Shown here piece by piece: positions 63,040 through 64,000 of a DNA stretch of 64,000 bases; the first letter of the stretch is position 1, and each line of letters opens with the position of its first letter. The position numbers were made by a program, and so were the translations under genes. Where the stretch lies: NCBI GenBank assembly GCA_013265495.1, contig MU058844.1, positions 11,182,184 through 11,246,183 on the forward strand. The letters run 5' to 3'. A model generated the notes under the pieces. The model had not been told where the DNA came from, searched no databases, and worked only from the letters and a program-made list of their open reading frames with translations. Source of the DNA: Vicugna vicugna. Taxonomy: Eukaryota.

Positions 63040-64000
63040 GCAGGCAAAAACTAGACAAAACCCTGCCCTCATGAAGCTGATATCCTAGGCACCCGTAATA
63101 AGAAAAAGACAAAGTTTGAGTAAATAAATAAAAATGTATACCTGATTTAAGTGCTACAGAGAAAATCAAAGCAGGGAGGAAGGCATGGACCACAGTGGGC
63201 AAAGGGGTAGTTCAATTAAGTAGAGGTTTCCACTAATAAAGTAACTTCCACTTTGAGCAAAGTTCTGAAGGGAACATGAATAACCCAAGGAAATATTTAA
63301 GGGAAGAGAATTCCAGGTAGAGGTAAGAACAGGCATAATCAGGAGCATGCTTGATGGGAGTCCTGAGACCAAGGACTAAGGACCAAGGGAGTAGAAGATG
63401 AAGTCAGGGAGATACCAGGGAGGAGGCAGAATAGATCATGTAGGGACCTTGAGGTCATAGCAGGAACTTGGACTTGGATTTTGTATGAGAGGACTACAAA
63501 GGAAGGGTGATATCCTGTGAATAACTTTATAAGAGGATTACTCTGGCTACTGTATTAATAAAAGTATTGCTGGGAGGGGTAAATGCAGAGGCTGGATTTG
63601 TCTAGGAGGCATTCACAGTCTGGAGTTGAGGGAAGTAGTCTGAGTGGGAGACTTAAATTTGTGAATCATCAGTACATAGGTGTATTATAAAACCAACTGA
63701 CTGATGAGTATACTAACAGAGCCAGTATAATATAAACAGGAAAAAAAAACTGCCTTACAAAAAGAATACCTTGAAAACAAGAAGAAAGCAGAAACCCTGA
63801 AGTAGGGTGAGTGAGGTAGAGGGCAACGCGATGAGTGTCATCTCCTAAAGGTCAGGTGGAGAAGGTGTTTGAAGCTAGAAGACTTGGCTGCCAGTCTAAT
63901 ACCTCTGAACTGTTGAGAAAGAAGATGATGAAAATTTCACTTCTGCAGTGGTTGAGTAAACACTTGACTAGAGAAGGTTCAGGAAAGTAGAAAACTCTAT
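63040..64000 (-). mobile_element. L2 remnant
   Basis: ccctgccctcatgaagctgatatcctag, gggaagagaattccaggtagagg and aggattactctggctactgt. Confidence 0.75.

Noticed and set aside
2983..63372. Remaining 60-135 aa six-frame ORFs
   Set aside because: They have low-complexity composition typical of AT-rich non-coding DNA or repeat remnants, many use non-ATG starts, and none has a recognisable domain.

Overview
This is AT-rich, repeat-dense eutherian genomic DNA, most likely camelid (alpaca, vicuna or camel). That call rests on a vic-1-type tRNA-derived SINE at ~42.2 kb and several young L1 3' ends. There is no intact single-exon gene: the supplied ORFs are L1 ORF2 remnants or chance ORFs. The window looks like the interior of a long-intron, probably + strand gene. 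It carries a few unproven but frame-compatible candidate exons (1-44, ~8727/8738-8849, 36394-36459, 58115-58206), and I could not identify the gene. Repeats include old and young L1 (nested and 5'-inverted copies), L2, MIR, MLT1/MLT2/MaLR and ERV1-type LTR pieces, and MER58A/MER3 DNA transposons. A 284-nt N gap lies at 38912-39195. The most unusual structure is an old ~770-bp inverted segmental duplication (27492-28261 vs 51647-52424, ~23 kb apart). Its derived copy is CpG-richer, carries a double E-box palindrome and abuts an L1. Other oddities are a triplicated target site with serial SINE+L1 insertion, a possible microexon/recursive splice site and several perfect hairpins and tandem duplications. 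I found no convincing novel multi-gene system. Repeat family names come from recalled consensus similarity and boundaries are approximate.
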